From: Octopus sinensis
Lineage: Eukaryota
Length of the DNA stretch: 64,000 nt
Reading direction: 5' to 3'
Assembly: GCF_006345805.1 (NCBI RefSeq)
Contig: NW_021832254.1
Location: 1 to 64,000, forward strand
This document shows, one piece after another, positions 1-12,799 of the stretch (the stretch's first letter is position 1; every line of letters begins with the position of its first letter). A program made the translations under genes and the position numbers. Below the pieces are notes generated by a model. It ran no database searches and had not been told where the DNA came from. It saw only the letters and a program-made list of their open reading frames with translations.

Positions 1-228
1 GTATGTAAAGGTACCATTTAAGGCGAATTCAATTATTAATTATATAAAAGGGCTTAGTAAAATAAATTACTTTGCCACATACTGACTCATGAGAAATAGT
101 AGCTCAAAAAAAACTTTTTTAAAACTTATTTCTAATACTTGAAAGAAAATCTCTCTCATTAGTGTTGCTCATTCAACTCACGAAAGTATGGGGGTAAAGA
201 CATTAAAAAAATCAAATGTAAAGGTATT

Positions 229-280
229 TGAGAACGTTACGTTTCAAGATTAGTCAACTCGACATTCTATCATCAGCTCA
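229..280 (-). ncRNA. Type I minimal hammerhead ribozyme motif (mirror copy of 463-514)
   Basis: Minus strand reads UGAG-CUGAUGA-uagaaugucgaguugacuaaucuu-GAAA-CGUAACG-UU-CUCA. Confidence 0.6.
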
Positions 281-462
281 GAACTCCTTGGTTTGGATTT
301 GAAAACACTGAAAGTGGAGCATACCCTTTGGCTTCTTATCGCTTCTGAAGATCTGCTCGAAACTAACCAGTGCCAGCAAACCCGAGCAGATCTTCAGAAG
401 CGATAAGAAAAAACCGAAAGGTATGCTCCCACTTTCAGTGTTTTCAAATCCAAACAAGGTTC

Positions 463-514
463 TGAGCTGATGATAGAAATGTCGAGTTGACTAATCTTGA
501 AACGTACGTTCTCA
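463..514 (+). ncRNA. Type I minimal hammerhead ribozyme motif
   Basis: Stem I TGAG 463-466/CTCA 511-514 (extendable GGTT/AACC); core CTGATGA 467-473; imperfect stem II; GAAA 499-502; palindromic stem III ACGTACGT; GUU triplet with predicted cut after 510. Confidence 0.7.
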
Positions 515-1426
515 AATAACCTTTGCATTTGTTTTTTTAATGTCTTTACCCCCATACTTTCGTGAGTTGAATTGAGCAAACCACTATATGAGAGAGATTT
601 TCTTTAAGTATTAGAAATAGTTTTAAAAAAGTTTTTTAGCTACTATTCTAATGAGTTCAGTATGTGGCAAAGTAATTTATTTTACTAAGCCCTTTTATAT
701 AATGTAATAATTTGAATTCGCCTTAAATTGGTACCTTTACATACTGAATACTTGGTGTGAAATTGATTAATAATTAATTAATTTTACCCTCAATTGTTGG
801 AAATTATATATATATATATATAATATATATATATACATACATACATACATACATACAAACATACATATATTTGATGATAATTACAATTCATAAGTCTTCG
901 GAGAGCAGTGTCTGCTTCAATATCGAAACTGGTGTTTCCTATAAAATACAGAACGAAATAAAAAAAAATGAGACACAAAAAAAAACAACAAAAAAAGGTC
1001 AAACAGGTAATTTCCCCTCAATGTGGACATTGTAAGATAACAGACGATTTTTACACAACTTCGTCCGTATTTTATTCGAACAGTGCAGTAATTTCAGTAA
1101 CATTGTCGATCAATTTTTGAAAGCATTTTAACACAACTGGTTGCACTTCGCAAAAATTCAATGGATATGCTTCCATTAAGAGTAATTTTTCAGGTTTATT
1201 TATCGGTTAATAGCTCAATGGACAGCAATTCCTGATAGTAGCTAGAGTGTCAATAGCTCAGTCTGCCTGGCCACATGTCGGTCTCGCTCTACTTATTAAA
1301 TGTGTTATGAAATGCACTTCATCTGTTCATGCATTTCGACCGATCTTTAAAATCGATATAAATATGTGTGTGTATGTCCGTGTGTATATAGGATATTATG
1401 TAGGTTTTATAATATATATATAGATC

Positions 1427-1461
<35 letters not shown>

Positions 1462-1540
1462 TATGTGTTTTGTGGATGTATATATATATATATAGAATTA
1501 TTATATATGTTAATATACATACATATATATATACATACAG

Positions 1541-1579
<39 letters not shown>

Positions 1580-1611
1580 GTGTGTGTGTGTGTGTGTGTG
1601 TGTGTACGTAA

Positions 1612-1768
1612 CCTCTTTACTCTTTTACTCTTTTACTTTTTTCAGTTATTGACTGTGACCATACTGGAGCATGCCTTTAGTCGAGCAAATCGACACCAGG
1701 ACTTATTCTTTGTAGCCCTAGTACGTATTTTCGCGGTTCTTTTGCCGAACCGCTAGTTTACGGGGAAG

Positions 1769-1770
<2 letters not shown>
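1612..1770 (-). mobile_element. SINE family B, 3' tail fragment
   Basis: Reverse complement of the ...GCTCCAGCATGGCCGCAGTC..TGAAACAAGTAAAAGAG tail seen in full copies at 14296 and 50117. Confidence 0.8.
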
Positions 1771-1809
<39 letters not shown>

Positions 1810-2945
1810 AGTGAGATACATACATACTGACAGTCAGACAGACAGAGATAGCTACACGGCTATGTTATCCGCTGTGTCTATCCTGTGCGTTAAGGGCTGA
1901 AATCGATCTTACAAAGCCTGTCATATTCACGATCACGTTTTTTTGTTTCTTTTTTCAATGCAAAATTGACAGAGAACAAACTTTTGGGAGTTAGGTCCCT
2001 TTCTTTTTTCTGAGTTCATGTTGTGCTGGATAGATTTTCCCATGGACGTCTCTTGTTACTGTCATTATTTCGATCTATCTTAAATAGCAAAAACAATTGT
2101 TGAGCGTGTTTACTGAAAGGCATTCCATCAGTGAACAAACTTACTCTGTGGTCTATCTAAAACTAAAATTTTCTTTGCCCTTCCCGTTTTTAACTCGTTT
2201 GTGAAACTACACAGATTCTCCCATATAGTTTTATGTTCCAGAAACAGAGTATTATGTATCAGGTTATTTATTCAAATCAAACCACTTAATCTAGGAATTG
2301 AAACTGCTTCATCGGTTCGACAGAGTTTTCCATGGCCGATTTTACCATCAAGTCTATTGTTGCAGTAATGTCAGGCGAGTTAATGGAAAACTTAAAACGC
2401 TTAAAGGTTGATATATTTTGATTCCCTTTGGTTCGAATCCATCTGAATGCCATTCTGCTGTTCATGCCTCTGGGGTTGATAAGATAATTACAAGTAAAGT
2501 ATTATAGTTGATGCAATCGATTGCCTCTCCTTCAAACTCTATGAACAAAAGATTATAATAACAGGAATGATTGTTTATTCACATTAAGGCAGTGAGCTAG
2601 TAGTGTCCTCAGTGTGTCGAACAAAATACTCTTCCGACTATTCACGTTGTGAGTTCATATCCCGCCGAAAGTAAATTTGCCCTGCATGCATTCAGAGGTC
2701 GATAAAATAAAATACCAGCCAAATTACACACAGAGTCGCTGGCCCAGAACCAAAATTAAAAATAATTATTTATTTCGAGTTGTATCACATATAATTCACA
2801 AAGCGGTTTCTTACGTTACAATTAAGATATAATTCTTCACTTTCGCAATATGTACAACAAGAGTCACGTTATGATCCACCTTAATTATGAAGATTTAATC
2901 CAACGCCACAATATGGTCCACAACAATCCTTACAAATTAAAGAAG

Positions 2946-3290
2946 CTTGCACCAGGCTTCTGTAACTGTTTTGGTAGGATTTTTACAGCTGGATGCCCTT
3001 CCTAACACCAATCACTCAGCAGAGTGGAGTTTGTGCTTTTTATGTAGCACAAGCACAGGTGAGGTCAGTTTTGGCAAGATTTTCACAGCTAGATGCTATT
3101 CCAAACACCAACCACTTTACAGTGTGGACTGGGTGCTTTTAAGTGGCACCTGCACTGACAGGGTCACCAAGTACTTGCAAGACAAAAAAAACTTTCAAGA
3201 GTGGAAGAGGCATTGAAGGAGGTGACCTTGTGTTGGATGATGAAAGGTTATAGTGAGACAGAGAGACAGAGACATGTGCCTTGATGTAGA
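2946..3290 (-). mobile_element. Old RTE-type retroposon/SINE fragment
   Basis: Two internal copies of TTTT(A/T)CAGCT(G/A)GATGC..TTCC.AACAC.A..CACT, a motif I recognise from RTE-associated SINE tails; decayed. Confidence 0.4.
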
Positions 3291-4584
3291 GGAGGTACAA
3301 GGTTACCCGGCCGGCGAGAGATGGAGAGACAGAGAGACAGAAACAGAGAGACAGAGAGAGATCAGGAATGAAGACAGAAACAGGTGAGCTACAACAAAAG
3401 AGATACGTGATTACCCAACCGGGTAACTCATAACAAGTGGTTATACACATTAGGCAATCTCGGTCGACAGAATTACTAAACTGTCATAATGACATATTCC
3501 AGCATAATCACTGCCATATGATCCCCCAGGGTCTTAGCGATATCATCTACCCGTATCCCCACAGTAGCTGCAAAAAGATCTTCAAAATCCTAATAACATT
3601 ATCCACTAATTCCGTGACCACATCGCACGCTACAATAAGGCTTTCATCCTCAACAATCATAACAATGGTACCCAGGAACATCATAATAATATGATCGACC
3701 AGTCATAGTGAACGGATGTGGTCAAGTGGTTATGGTATTGCACTCGGAATAACAAAGGTGTGATGTTCGATACCAGGACTGGGAGGAGCGTTGAGTTCAT
3801 GATGAAAACATCTTATTTTACGTCCTCCCAGTCAACTCAACCATAAAGCTGTAAATGGGTAGCCCACGAGGGAGTGGTATCACCTTCAGTAGGTATGGTG
3901 GAGTTGCGATCGATTATACACCATGGAAACGAGTGTAAGAGGACATCTGAATCATGGGACTCGAATCAGTAACTTCTACCGGTTGAAAATAACGTTGATA
4001 GTCGTCGGGGTATGAAAAGGCAAGAATATACAACCACACAGTCATACGATCTCTCACATAGCGCTTTGATATGCGATGATCTACGTGATTTCAGGTAGAT
4101 TGCCACTGCGTGGTACGTTCCGCATGCGTCTCCCAATGAAATCCTCGTTGCAAAGCAGTATTATAATTTGAGGAAAGGCAGCGAGCTGGTAGAGTCGTTA
4201 GCGCGCAGAAAGAAATCCTTAGCGGTATCAATTGCATGTACATGACGTTAATCTCAAAAGATCAATAACTTGAAAAAAAAAAAGATAAATATAATGAGAT
4301 AATATGCTTATTATGAAGATTGTGTTTTAACAGGGATATCATACAAGAGATACAAGACAGTGTGTTAATTCCCCTGAACGAGTGGGACTAGAAATAATAT
4401 GTAATGCGGTGTAGAAGCAGTTACTAAGCTGTTTGTACAACACTTAGATAAACAGACGTAACATGCAAATTGTATACAGGTGTGTATACACAGGTCTATG
4501 CACATACACACACTCACACACGCATACGTAGATATGTACATATATACATATACACACACACGCATATATATATATTATAATAAG

Positions 4585-4636
<52 letters not shown>

Positions 4637-5412
4637 GGGAAACGAAGCTATATTTTGTGTCCGTCGCTGCTCAGATTAGAAATTGGCGGATATGTGTATG
4701 CGTGTGTATGCAATAATCTCTCCCTGTGTCTCTCTTTCCTTCTCTGTACAACCACACACACACACACACACACACGGATATATATATACATACAAACATA
4801 CATACATATATGCACACGCACAGACACACGTATACACACACACATAATCAAACAAGCAAAAAAGCATTTAGTATGTAAATAGCTTTTTCTAAAGAAATAT
4901 TTTTTCGCCGTGTTTATCAATCATTCAGACATAATCATAAAACTATGGCTGAGAGCTAATATGGTACAAGCGGGATCGATTTTCTTTTGAGATTAACATC
5001 CTGTACATGCAATATTTTATACTTGAAATCTTAGAAATCGATACGTATGTTAGAAAGCAATCGATATTTTCCTGCATTAAGACGAGACACAAGGCAGATC
5101 CAATTTTGTAGGCCAAATGTGTAGACGATTGCCATTAATCTAATGTATGACATCTCCGCCAGAAGCAAACCAAAGCTAGTTTCTCCGACATTTGTAGACA
5201 ACGAGAAAACGTATTTAAAATAGTCGAATATTTATCGCATAATCTCTCTTTCCTGATATCGCCCGGGAACTTACAATAATATTTCGGTTGATAATTATTT
5301 ATTTATAGATTTATTTGGTTGAAAATGGATCTAATCTCTGCTGTATTTATTTAAGCAATACTATAATAGAATACAAAGTTTGTAAAAAAAGAATTCCCCA
5401 AAATATAATACT

Positions 5413-5765
5413 TATTTCTTTACTGCCCACAAGCGGCTAAACACAGAGGGGACAAACGGATTAAGTTGATTATATCGACCCTAGTGCGCAACTGGTACTT
5501 ATATAATCGACCTCGAAAGGAAGAAAGGCAAAGTCGACCTCGGCGGAATTTGAACTCAGAACGTAACGGCAGATGAAATGCCTATTTCTTTACTACCCAC
5601 AAGGGGCTAAACATAGAGGGGACAAACAAGGACAGAAAAATGGATTAAGTCGATTATATCTACCCCAGTGCGTAACTGGTACTTATTTAATCGACCTCGA
5701 AAGGATGAAAAGCAAAGTCGACCTCGGATGGAATTTGAACTCAGAACGTAGTGGCAGATGAAATA
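5413..5765 (-). mobile_element. SINE family A, two head-to-tail units
   Basis: Two tandem copies of the unit containing the B-box GTTCAAATTCC and GTCGACTTTGCCTTTCATCCTTTCG..GTCGAT (Meta/MESC-like central domain, from memory). Confidence 0.85.
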
Positions 5766-6550
5766 TGAATACACTTTACCTACTCGCATGAGATTTTAAA
5801 GAATTATATTATATGGTGATCTGTGTGGAAAATAATGTGTATACTGTGGCTGTTGTTAATTAATAATTCATTTTTAAAGTAGGAATGCGCGTGAGAATGC
5901 TATCGTTTAGTTATAGACTGGTTGACCAACATTAAAGTATTAAGCTCATCTACCAGCCGAGTGAGAAGGTGGTATAAAAGCGTTTCTCCATTGAGTATGT
6001 CATACGAAAGTTACAAAAAGAGGGATATGAAAAACTGATGTAATAGTTGTTTAAATCTCAAGGATCGCTTATGCGCTAAAAAGATGTTAGGGAAAAATGT
6101 GTAAAAGAGTAAATAAGATCGATGACATCCGTTATTTAAATTTGTGTGAGTAACGTCAAGTTCAACAAAAGAATATTAAAATGTAATGACATAGAGTTTT
6201 ATACAAATACAATTATAGTTAGAATTGTTCCGCAGTTTTGCCAATATTTTCCCCTCGTCTAATTGCAAAATGTAAAGAATTACGAAATGTTAATATTTGG
6301 AGATTCTATGATCAGATTGGTTTGATATTTGATTTCAGGAAACCGTATATGGCGTTGATGCTGAAGCAGAATTAGATTTAGAAACAAACAACGTATCATC
6401 TAGATGAATACAAGTACATAATTAAGCAGAGAGTAGACGGAGGAAAATAGAGAGAGACAGAGACGGGTAGGATGCGTCCATAAAAGTGCTTGCCGTCTTT
6501 CATAGCCATCATCATCACCATCTTCATCAATGCTTAGCGGCATTTCGGCT

Positions 6551-7400
6551 AATTATTATTATTATATGTTTGACTTATGTTTTACATTTTTACAAGTTGG
6601 CTCCAAGTCTCACCCAGAGACCTCAAGAGACAACAGGTTGGAAGTTCATGTTGTTGTTATGCCTAGTGTGCCGTATATTTGGTTTTATACTTAGTGTTGT
6701 ACTAGTGAATGTCTAAAAAAACCATACGAAAATTATGTTTGTTTTAAAGCTTGAGATTACGTAGAAAGCATTTTGCGTAGGATATGAGCAGTTCCCATGA
6801 GCACTATCTTTTGAATTTCTGCCATTTTGGGGTTTCCTGGTATCTGAGTTAGGTAGTAATCAGCCCCTTTTGCTATCATTCCCAGGGCACCTATGACAAC
6901 AGGTATTGTTTTAGTCTTCAGGCTCCACATTTTGGTGATTTCTATTTCAAGATCTTTACATTTGCTCAGTTTTTGGTAGGTCTTGACAGTTACGTTTATA
7001 TCGATTGGGATAGTCATATCAATGAGGAGTCATGTTCTTTGTCTGAAGTCTTTCAATATGATGTCTGGCCTATTTGCATCTATCTTTCTGTCAGTTTGAG
7101 ATTACATAGAAAGTATTTTGCGTAGGATATGAGCAGTTCCCATGAGCACTATCTTTTGAATTTCTGCCATTTTGGGGTTTCCTGGTATCTGAGTTAGGTA
7201 GCAATCAACCCCTTTTGCTATCATTCCCAGGGCACCTATGACAACAGGTATTGTTTTAGTCTTATCATTATTATTATTCTATGTTTGACTTTTGTTTTAC
7301 GTCTGTACAAGTTGGCTTCAAGTCTCACCTAGAGACCTCAAGAGACAACAGGTTGGAAGTTCACGTTGTTGTTGTGTCTAGTGTGCCATATATTTGTTTT
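6551..7400 (-). mobile_element. R4/Dong-type non-LTR retrotransposon 3' fragments (restriction-like endonuclease C-terminus plus 3' UTR), stacked copies
   Basis: ORF 6757-7017 KYxDLxIEIxKMW-like ...IPVVIGALG...IQKIVLMGTAHILRK, preceded by RPDIILKD...LIDM. 7101-7262 re-copies 6757-6920 and 7275-7400 re-copies the 3' UTR; flanked by (TTA)n. Confidence 0.85.
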
Positions 7401-8042
7401 TTTTGTTTTGTTTAATTATTATTATTATTATTACTACTATTATCATTAGTATTATTGTTTTTGTTATTATTATTTAGTTGGGTCTCTGTTATACTTATCG
7501 TTCTCCAAGTTTGTGTTTGTATTCTATATAATTAAGTACATGTAACCGTAAACGCGTCTATGTGATATCGTCCATTGGTGATAAGACAGATCATTACGTC
7601 TGCCTCTAATATTATTTGGCGTAGCTATTTTAATATCCCCTCTCTCTCTCTCTCTCTCTCTCTCCTTCTTTCCCTCTCTTTCATTCTCTCACTTATTCTT
7701 TGATAGCGTCTTCTCTTGGGAATGCATTCCTTAGATCTCTAATGAAGTCACATGTATTCGGAACATCTGAGCACACTCTATTTCGAAGTGCGTCTACAGG
7801 TTTGAAATTTCGTCATTCTCTGAAGAGCTATTTAATTCGAAGCAGACTTAGTTATTTTGCTAAAAACCAATAAATCTGTTTAATATAATTATTTTCTCAG
7901 CATTTATCCATATAATTCGTGTAAGAAGCAGCTTTGGATTTTGGTCGCCTTGATCATTCAATGAAGAATTTGCGAAACACACCGACACACGCACACACAT
8001 ACACACACAGAGACATATACAAACAAACACACACAATAATCT

Positions 8043-8080
<38 letters not shown>

Positions 8081-8435
8081 TACTGTATATCCTTGTTGCT
8101 TATCTTGATTTATATATATATATATATAATATATATATATATACATATACATATATATATATATGTGTGTGCGTGTATGTATGTATAAAATTATATACAG
8201 TCACTTTGTGTATATGCGCGTATATTACACACATATACACGCACACACAGACACACGCACACTCACACCCACACATGTATATATATTCACATAATATACA
8301 TACACATACTAGATATAAACGCACCTATTCATGCGCATATTTAATATAAGTGTGTATATATATACCTGTATATATATATATACATATATATACATATATA
8401 TATACATATATATACATATATATACATATATATAT

Positions 8436-8468
<33 letters not shown>

Positions 8469-8704
8469 CATATATATGTATATGTTATACATATATATAC
8501 ATATATATATACATGCATATATATACATAGACACACACACACATATATATATATGATATATAGGTGTATACGTAAAATGTATATGTGTGTGTGTAAGTGT
8601 GTGTGTGTGGGTGTTTAAGTAGAATGTTGTAGAAACAAATATTTCTAAGAAGGAGAAGATTTCGAATTTTATAGAAGAGTAATACCTCGTGAGTTTGGAA
8701 AAAT

Positions 8705-8746
8705 TTCCTACGTTCCACAGCTCTGTTTGTATCATCAGAACGGAAG
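8705..8746 (-). ncRNA. Degenerate minimal hammerhead motif
   Basis: Minus strand UUCC-guu-CUGAUGA-UACA aacagagc UGUG-GAA(A missing)-CG-UA-GGAA, in a short unique island between (TG)n tracts. Confidence 0.4.
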
Positions 8747-9077
8747 AACCTCTCAAAGCGATTCTGTTTTTAAAGATCGAAGTTTATTTAAATTAGTTTA
8801 GTGTGTGTGTGTGTACGTGTTCGTGCATACGTGCCTGTATGTGTTTATATTTAAGTGTGTATGTGTGTGTATGTGTGTAGATGTGCGTGTGTCCAACATG
8901 GTGAGCGAAAATACTGTTGTTTGGGTTATTTGGTGGACGTGTGAGGCAGTTTCGATTTGGAATGTTATTGCACTGTGTAAAAGAAGTGTGTCGGGTTTCC
9001 TGATTCGGAATAAATGTAATTCGCTTATTAGCAATAAAGTAAAGATCGTTCGATTTGATTTGTTATTCAGTGAAGTT

Positions 9078-9270
9078 GGATCTTTTCACTTTCACCGGCA
9101 GATTTGAAAAATAAATTTCTTTGTAACTAAACACTTTTAAACTTCGTATACTGGTAGAATGTGTCACATAAAACATCTTTTTCTCTTGGCGGTCTTGAGA
9201 AAAGTCTGTAGTTTGTACGCTATTTCTTGTTTAATTTCTCGTATTTCGGCAATTTGAACCAATCATTGAT
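9078..9270 (+). mobile_element. Truncated, diverged relative of the telomeric-repeat MITE
   Basis: Starts GGATCTTTTC and shares GTAACTAAACACTTTTAAACTTCGTATACTGGTAGAATGTG...AACCAATCA with 20853-21274. Confidence 0.75.
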
Positions 9271-9900
9271 GAGTGTTGTGGTATGACAATGGAGTTAGTC
9301 ATGGATATTTGTTTTTGATAATGACATACATCGTCAGATCAAAACGAGGATATACACGCACATCCAACTTAACACCGATGTCTTGTTAGAACACCAGATA
9401 CTGCTTTATATATGAAGCTCTCGTATAGGCGCTTGCAGCACACACAAAAATCGTTGTAGACGAGAATGATCTGTTAATCGGCGCCGGAATTCATGGATTC
9501 CATAATCTCAGTTTACGGGTTATCATCAGTGGGAGGTGTCCGCTCGCCGCATCTTAGAAAAAATCTCGCTTCTACAATACATAGAAAATCAGCATCTCTT
9601 TCAGGCACCGGTGTCTCAGTTAGTTAGCGTGTTGTTGTCATCAAACGATATCCAACGATCATTGGCTCTTTCGACCCACCTGGAACGATAACAAGGCGGC
9701 TCAGCAGAAGTGGCCCAGTCGCCCTTCATCATCTCCTGACGAGGTCGAACTTACATTTCGTCATGTTGGGGTCGATAAAAAAAATGTACCAGTCAAGGGC
9801 TCGCATCGATGAAATCAACATAGCCCCTCCCCCGAAATTGCGGGCCTTGTGACAAATTTCGAAACTATAATATGTATAAGTAGGAAAGCTAAATATACAA

Positions 9901-10320
9901 AATACCTATTTCTTTACTACCCACAAGGGGCTAAACACAGAGGGGACAAACAAGGACAGACAAAGGGATTAAGTCGATTACATCGACCCCAGTGCATAAT
10001 TAGTACTTAATTTACCGACCCCGAAAGGATGAAGGGCAAAGTCGATCTCGGCGGAATTTGAACTCAGAACGTAACGCCAGATGAAATACCTATTTCTTTA
10101 CTACACACAAGGGGCTAAAAAAAAGAGGGGACGAAAAAGGACAGACAAACGGACTAAGTCGATTACATCGACCTCAGTGCGCAACTGGTACTTAATTTAT
10201 CGCCCCCGAAATGATGAAAGGCAAAGTCGACCTCGGCGGAATTTGAACTCAGAATGTAACGGTAGATGAAATACCGCTAAGCATTTCGCTCGGTGTGCTA
10301 ATGACTCTGCCAGCTCGCCG
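9901..10320 (-). mobile_element. SINE family A, head plus two units
   Basis: tRNA-like head CGGCGAGCTGGCAGA on the minus strand at 10320; 184-bp unit repeated (9907, 10091). Confidence 0.9.
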
Positions 10321-10869
10321 GATGAAAATGCTTAAAGATGAAAACCTACCCTTAAACACTTCCACGTAACGCCATGCAAATTTCACACGCGCATACACAC
10401 GCACTCTCTGTCTCTCTCGTTCTATCTGTTCTCTCTGTGTCTCCCCACAATATCGCTCTCTCTCTCTCTCTCTCTCTCTCGCTCTATCTCTCTCTCTCTC
10501 TCTCTGTCTCTCTTTCTCCCTTTATTTCTTTTTCTCTTGTCTCAGTATTTTTTCCGGCTCAACATTTTTCACAAATGCATCCATTTACCGAAGAAGAAAT
10601 TTTATATAAGATTGCTAAAAATGTACAGCTTCGTGTTTATACTTCAGTTTTTATAAGTGGAAGAATTCCTTGGTAATAGAAAGATACAGGGAAGAATCTT
10701 GATTCTTCAATCAAGAAGAACAAATTTCAAAGAGAACACTTGTTCTCTTGTCTGGCTAATAGCTAAACAAATATTTATATTAAGTAGTTTGTTAGTTTTA
10801 GCAAAGTGAAACCTTTTTGCGCACCCGAAAGACCTACAATTAAAACAATGTTTGCAGAACGAATTATAT

Positions 10870-10903
<34 letters not shown>

Positions 10904-10940
10904 CAGGAAAATGGATAGCTAGCTACACCTAGCCAGATAA

Positions 10941-10989
<49 letters not shown>

Positions 10990-11180
10990 CAGACAGGCAG
11001 GCAGATAGATAGATCGTATTGTGTCATCAGACTTTAAATTATAGCAAATTTTTAAGTGTCTTATTATTGAGATCCATGGATGGCTGCTTTATCTAAAACA
11101 AATACATCCTATTTAACGTATCTGTGTGTACGTATATGCATGGATGTATATATAAGTGTATGCTTATATACATATATATA

Positions 11181-11292
<112 letters not shown>

Positions 11293-11446
11293 GTAAAAGA
11301 AAGGTAGAAATGTTTTCATACCGGTGGCTAGCATACGTAATGAAGTCAATAGACTACATATTTTCAGATATAAACGTGAACAAAGCATTAAGTCGGTAAC
11401 CTTTGACAGGACACAACCTTTCATGCTAGAAAGAGCAGTCAAATGC

Positions 11447-11556
11447 AGTTGTTAGAAATAAGAGCTAAAATGGTTCTAATGTTGTAGTGAAAGCGTGTAA
11501 TTATATGAGTCTTGACTGCAGCATTAAAGCATTTTAGCTCTTATTTCTTTCTAACT
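11447..11556. repeat. ~110-bp near-perfect palindrome/hairpin
   Basis: AGAAATAAGAGCTAAAATG (11454) / CATTTTAGCTCTTATTTCT (ends 11548) is a perfect 19-bp stem; the inner arms pair through to the centre. Confidence 0.85.
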
Positions 11557-11631
11557 ACCTAGCCAAATTTAGTGACGGTTATACTTTTCCTTTTGTGCGT
11601 GTGTGTGTATTTGTTATATATATATATATAT

Positions 11632-12034
11632 ACTCTTTACTCTTTTACTTGTTTCAGTCACTTGACTACGGCCGTGCTGGAGCACCGCCTTTAGTCGAGC
11701 AAATCGACCCCGGGACTTATTCTTTGTAAGCCCAGTACTTATTCTATCGGTCTCTTTTGCCGAACCGCTAATGGACGGGGACGTAAACACACCAGCATCG
11801 GTTGTCAAGCAATGCTAGGGAGACAAACACAGACACACAAACAAACACACACGCATATATATATATATATATACGACAGGCTTCTTTCAGTTTCCGTCTA
11901 CCAAATCCACTCACAAGGCATTGGTCGGCCCGGGGCTATAGCAGAAGACACTTGCCCAAGATGCCACGCAGTGGGACTGAACCCGGAACCATGTGGTTGG
12001 TTAGCAAGCTACTTACCACACAGCCACTCCTGCG

Positions 12035-12037
<3 letters not shown>
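11632..12037 (-). mobile_element. SINE family B, full length (tRNA head, CORE-like CTTGGGCAAGTG, internal (TA)n(TG)n, (GTAAAAGA)n tail)
   Basis: Near-identical reverse complement of 14296-14714; embedded in (TA)n. Confidence 0.9.
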
Positions 12038-12129
<92 letters not shown>

Positions 12130-12406
12130 TATTCATTTAGTATATTAAGTGTTTCATTAGGTCATAGCATGAAGTTCTACAGATGCAATCATATTTAACA
12201 AAAATGGAGATAGGTTGTTAAAAAGTTATAGGAAGTTTATTCATACAGACGACCGCTTCGTGCAAAGAGATAAAAATTCAATTCAGAATCTGGAATTATC
12301 AAAGTACTCATCAGCGCAGAAAAACATAGAACTTTAAAAAAAGAGCTGAGATGTTGAATTTTGGAGTTTCATGACTTTCTATCATGGGTGTCATGTCAGT
12401 GTATTG

Positions 12407-12521
12407 CCTAGTGCTTATTCTATCGATCTCTTTTGCCGAACCGCTAAGTCGGACGTAAACGCTCCAGCATCGGTTGTCAAGCGATGTTGGGGGGGGGGCA
12501 AACACAGACACATATACACAC

Positions 12522-12577
<56 letters not shown>

Positions 12578-12797
12578 CTATATATATATATACATATATA
12601 TATATCTATCTATATATATACATATATACATATAAATGACCACCGTATTTCAGTTTCCGTCTACCAAATCCACTCACAAGGCTTTGGTCGGCCCGAGGCT
12701 AGAGTAGAAGACACTTGCCCAAGGTACCACGCAGCGGGACTGAACCCAGAACCATGTGGTTGGTAAGCAAGCTACTTACCACCACACAGCCACTCCT
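12407..12797 (-). mobile_element. SINE family B, 3'-truncated, expanded internal microsatellite
   Basis: Same head (GGAGTGGCTGTGTGG...GGTTCAGTCCC) and body as 14296. Confidence 0.85.
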
Positions 12798-12799
12798 AT

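Larger units (their letters stand above)
1..744. mobile_element. Long fold-back palindrome (arms >=359 bp, 23-nt loop) carrying hammerhead motifs; probable inverted Penelope-like pseudo-LTR remnant
   Basis: 1-359 is the reverse complement of 383-744 (GTATGTAAAGGTACC at 1 vs GGTACCTTTACATAC ending 744; ATCTGCTCG 351-359 vs CGAGCAGAT 383-391), with many 1-nt indels. The left arm runs off the window; (TA)n follows at ~805. Confidence 0.75.

Noticed and set aside
345-397. CTGAAGA plus hairpin at the palindrome apex as a third hammerhead
   Set aside because: No GAAA/UH half follows, and its orientation is opposite to the arm HHR; kept only as a remark.
1000-1200. Minus-strand open stretch KLLLMEAYPLNFCEVQPVVLKCFQKLIDNV
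   Set aside because: Bounded by stops, with no splice acceptor and no recognisable family.
7735-7855. CTAATGA...GAAATTTCGTC and CTGAAGAG...CGAAGC hammerhead-like strings
   Set aside because: Stems I-III do not pair adequately and the core is mismatched.
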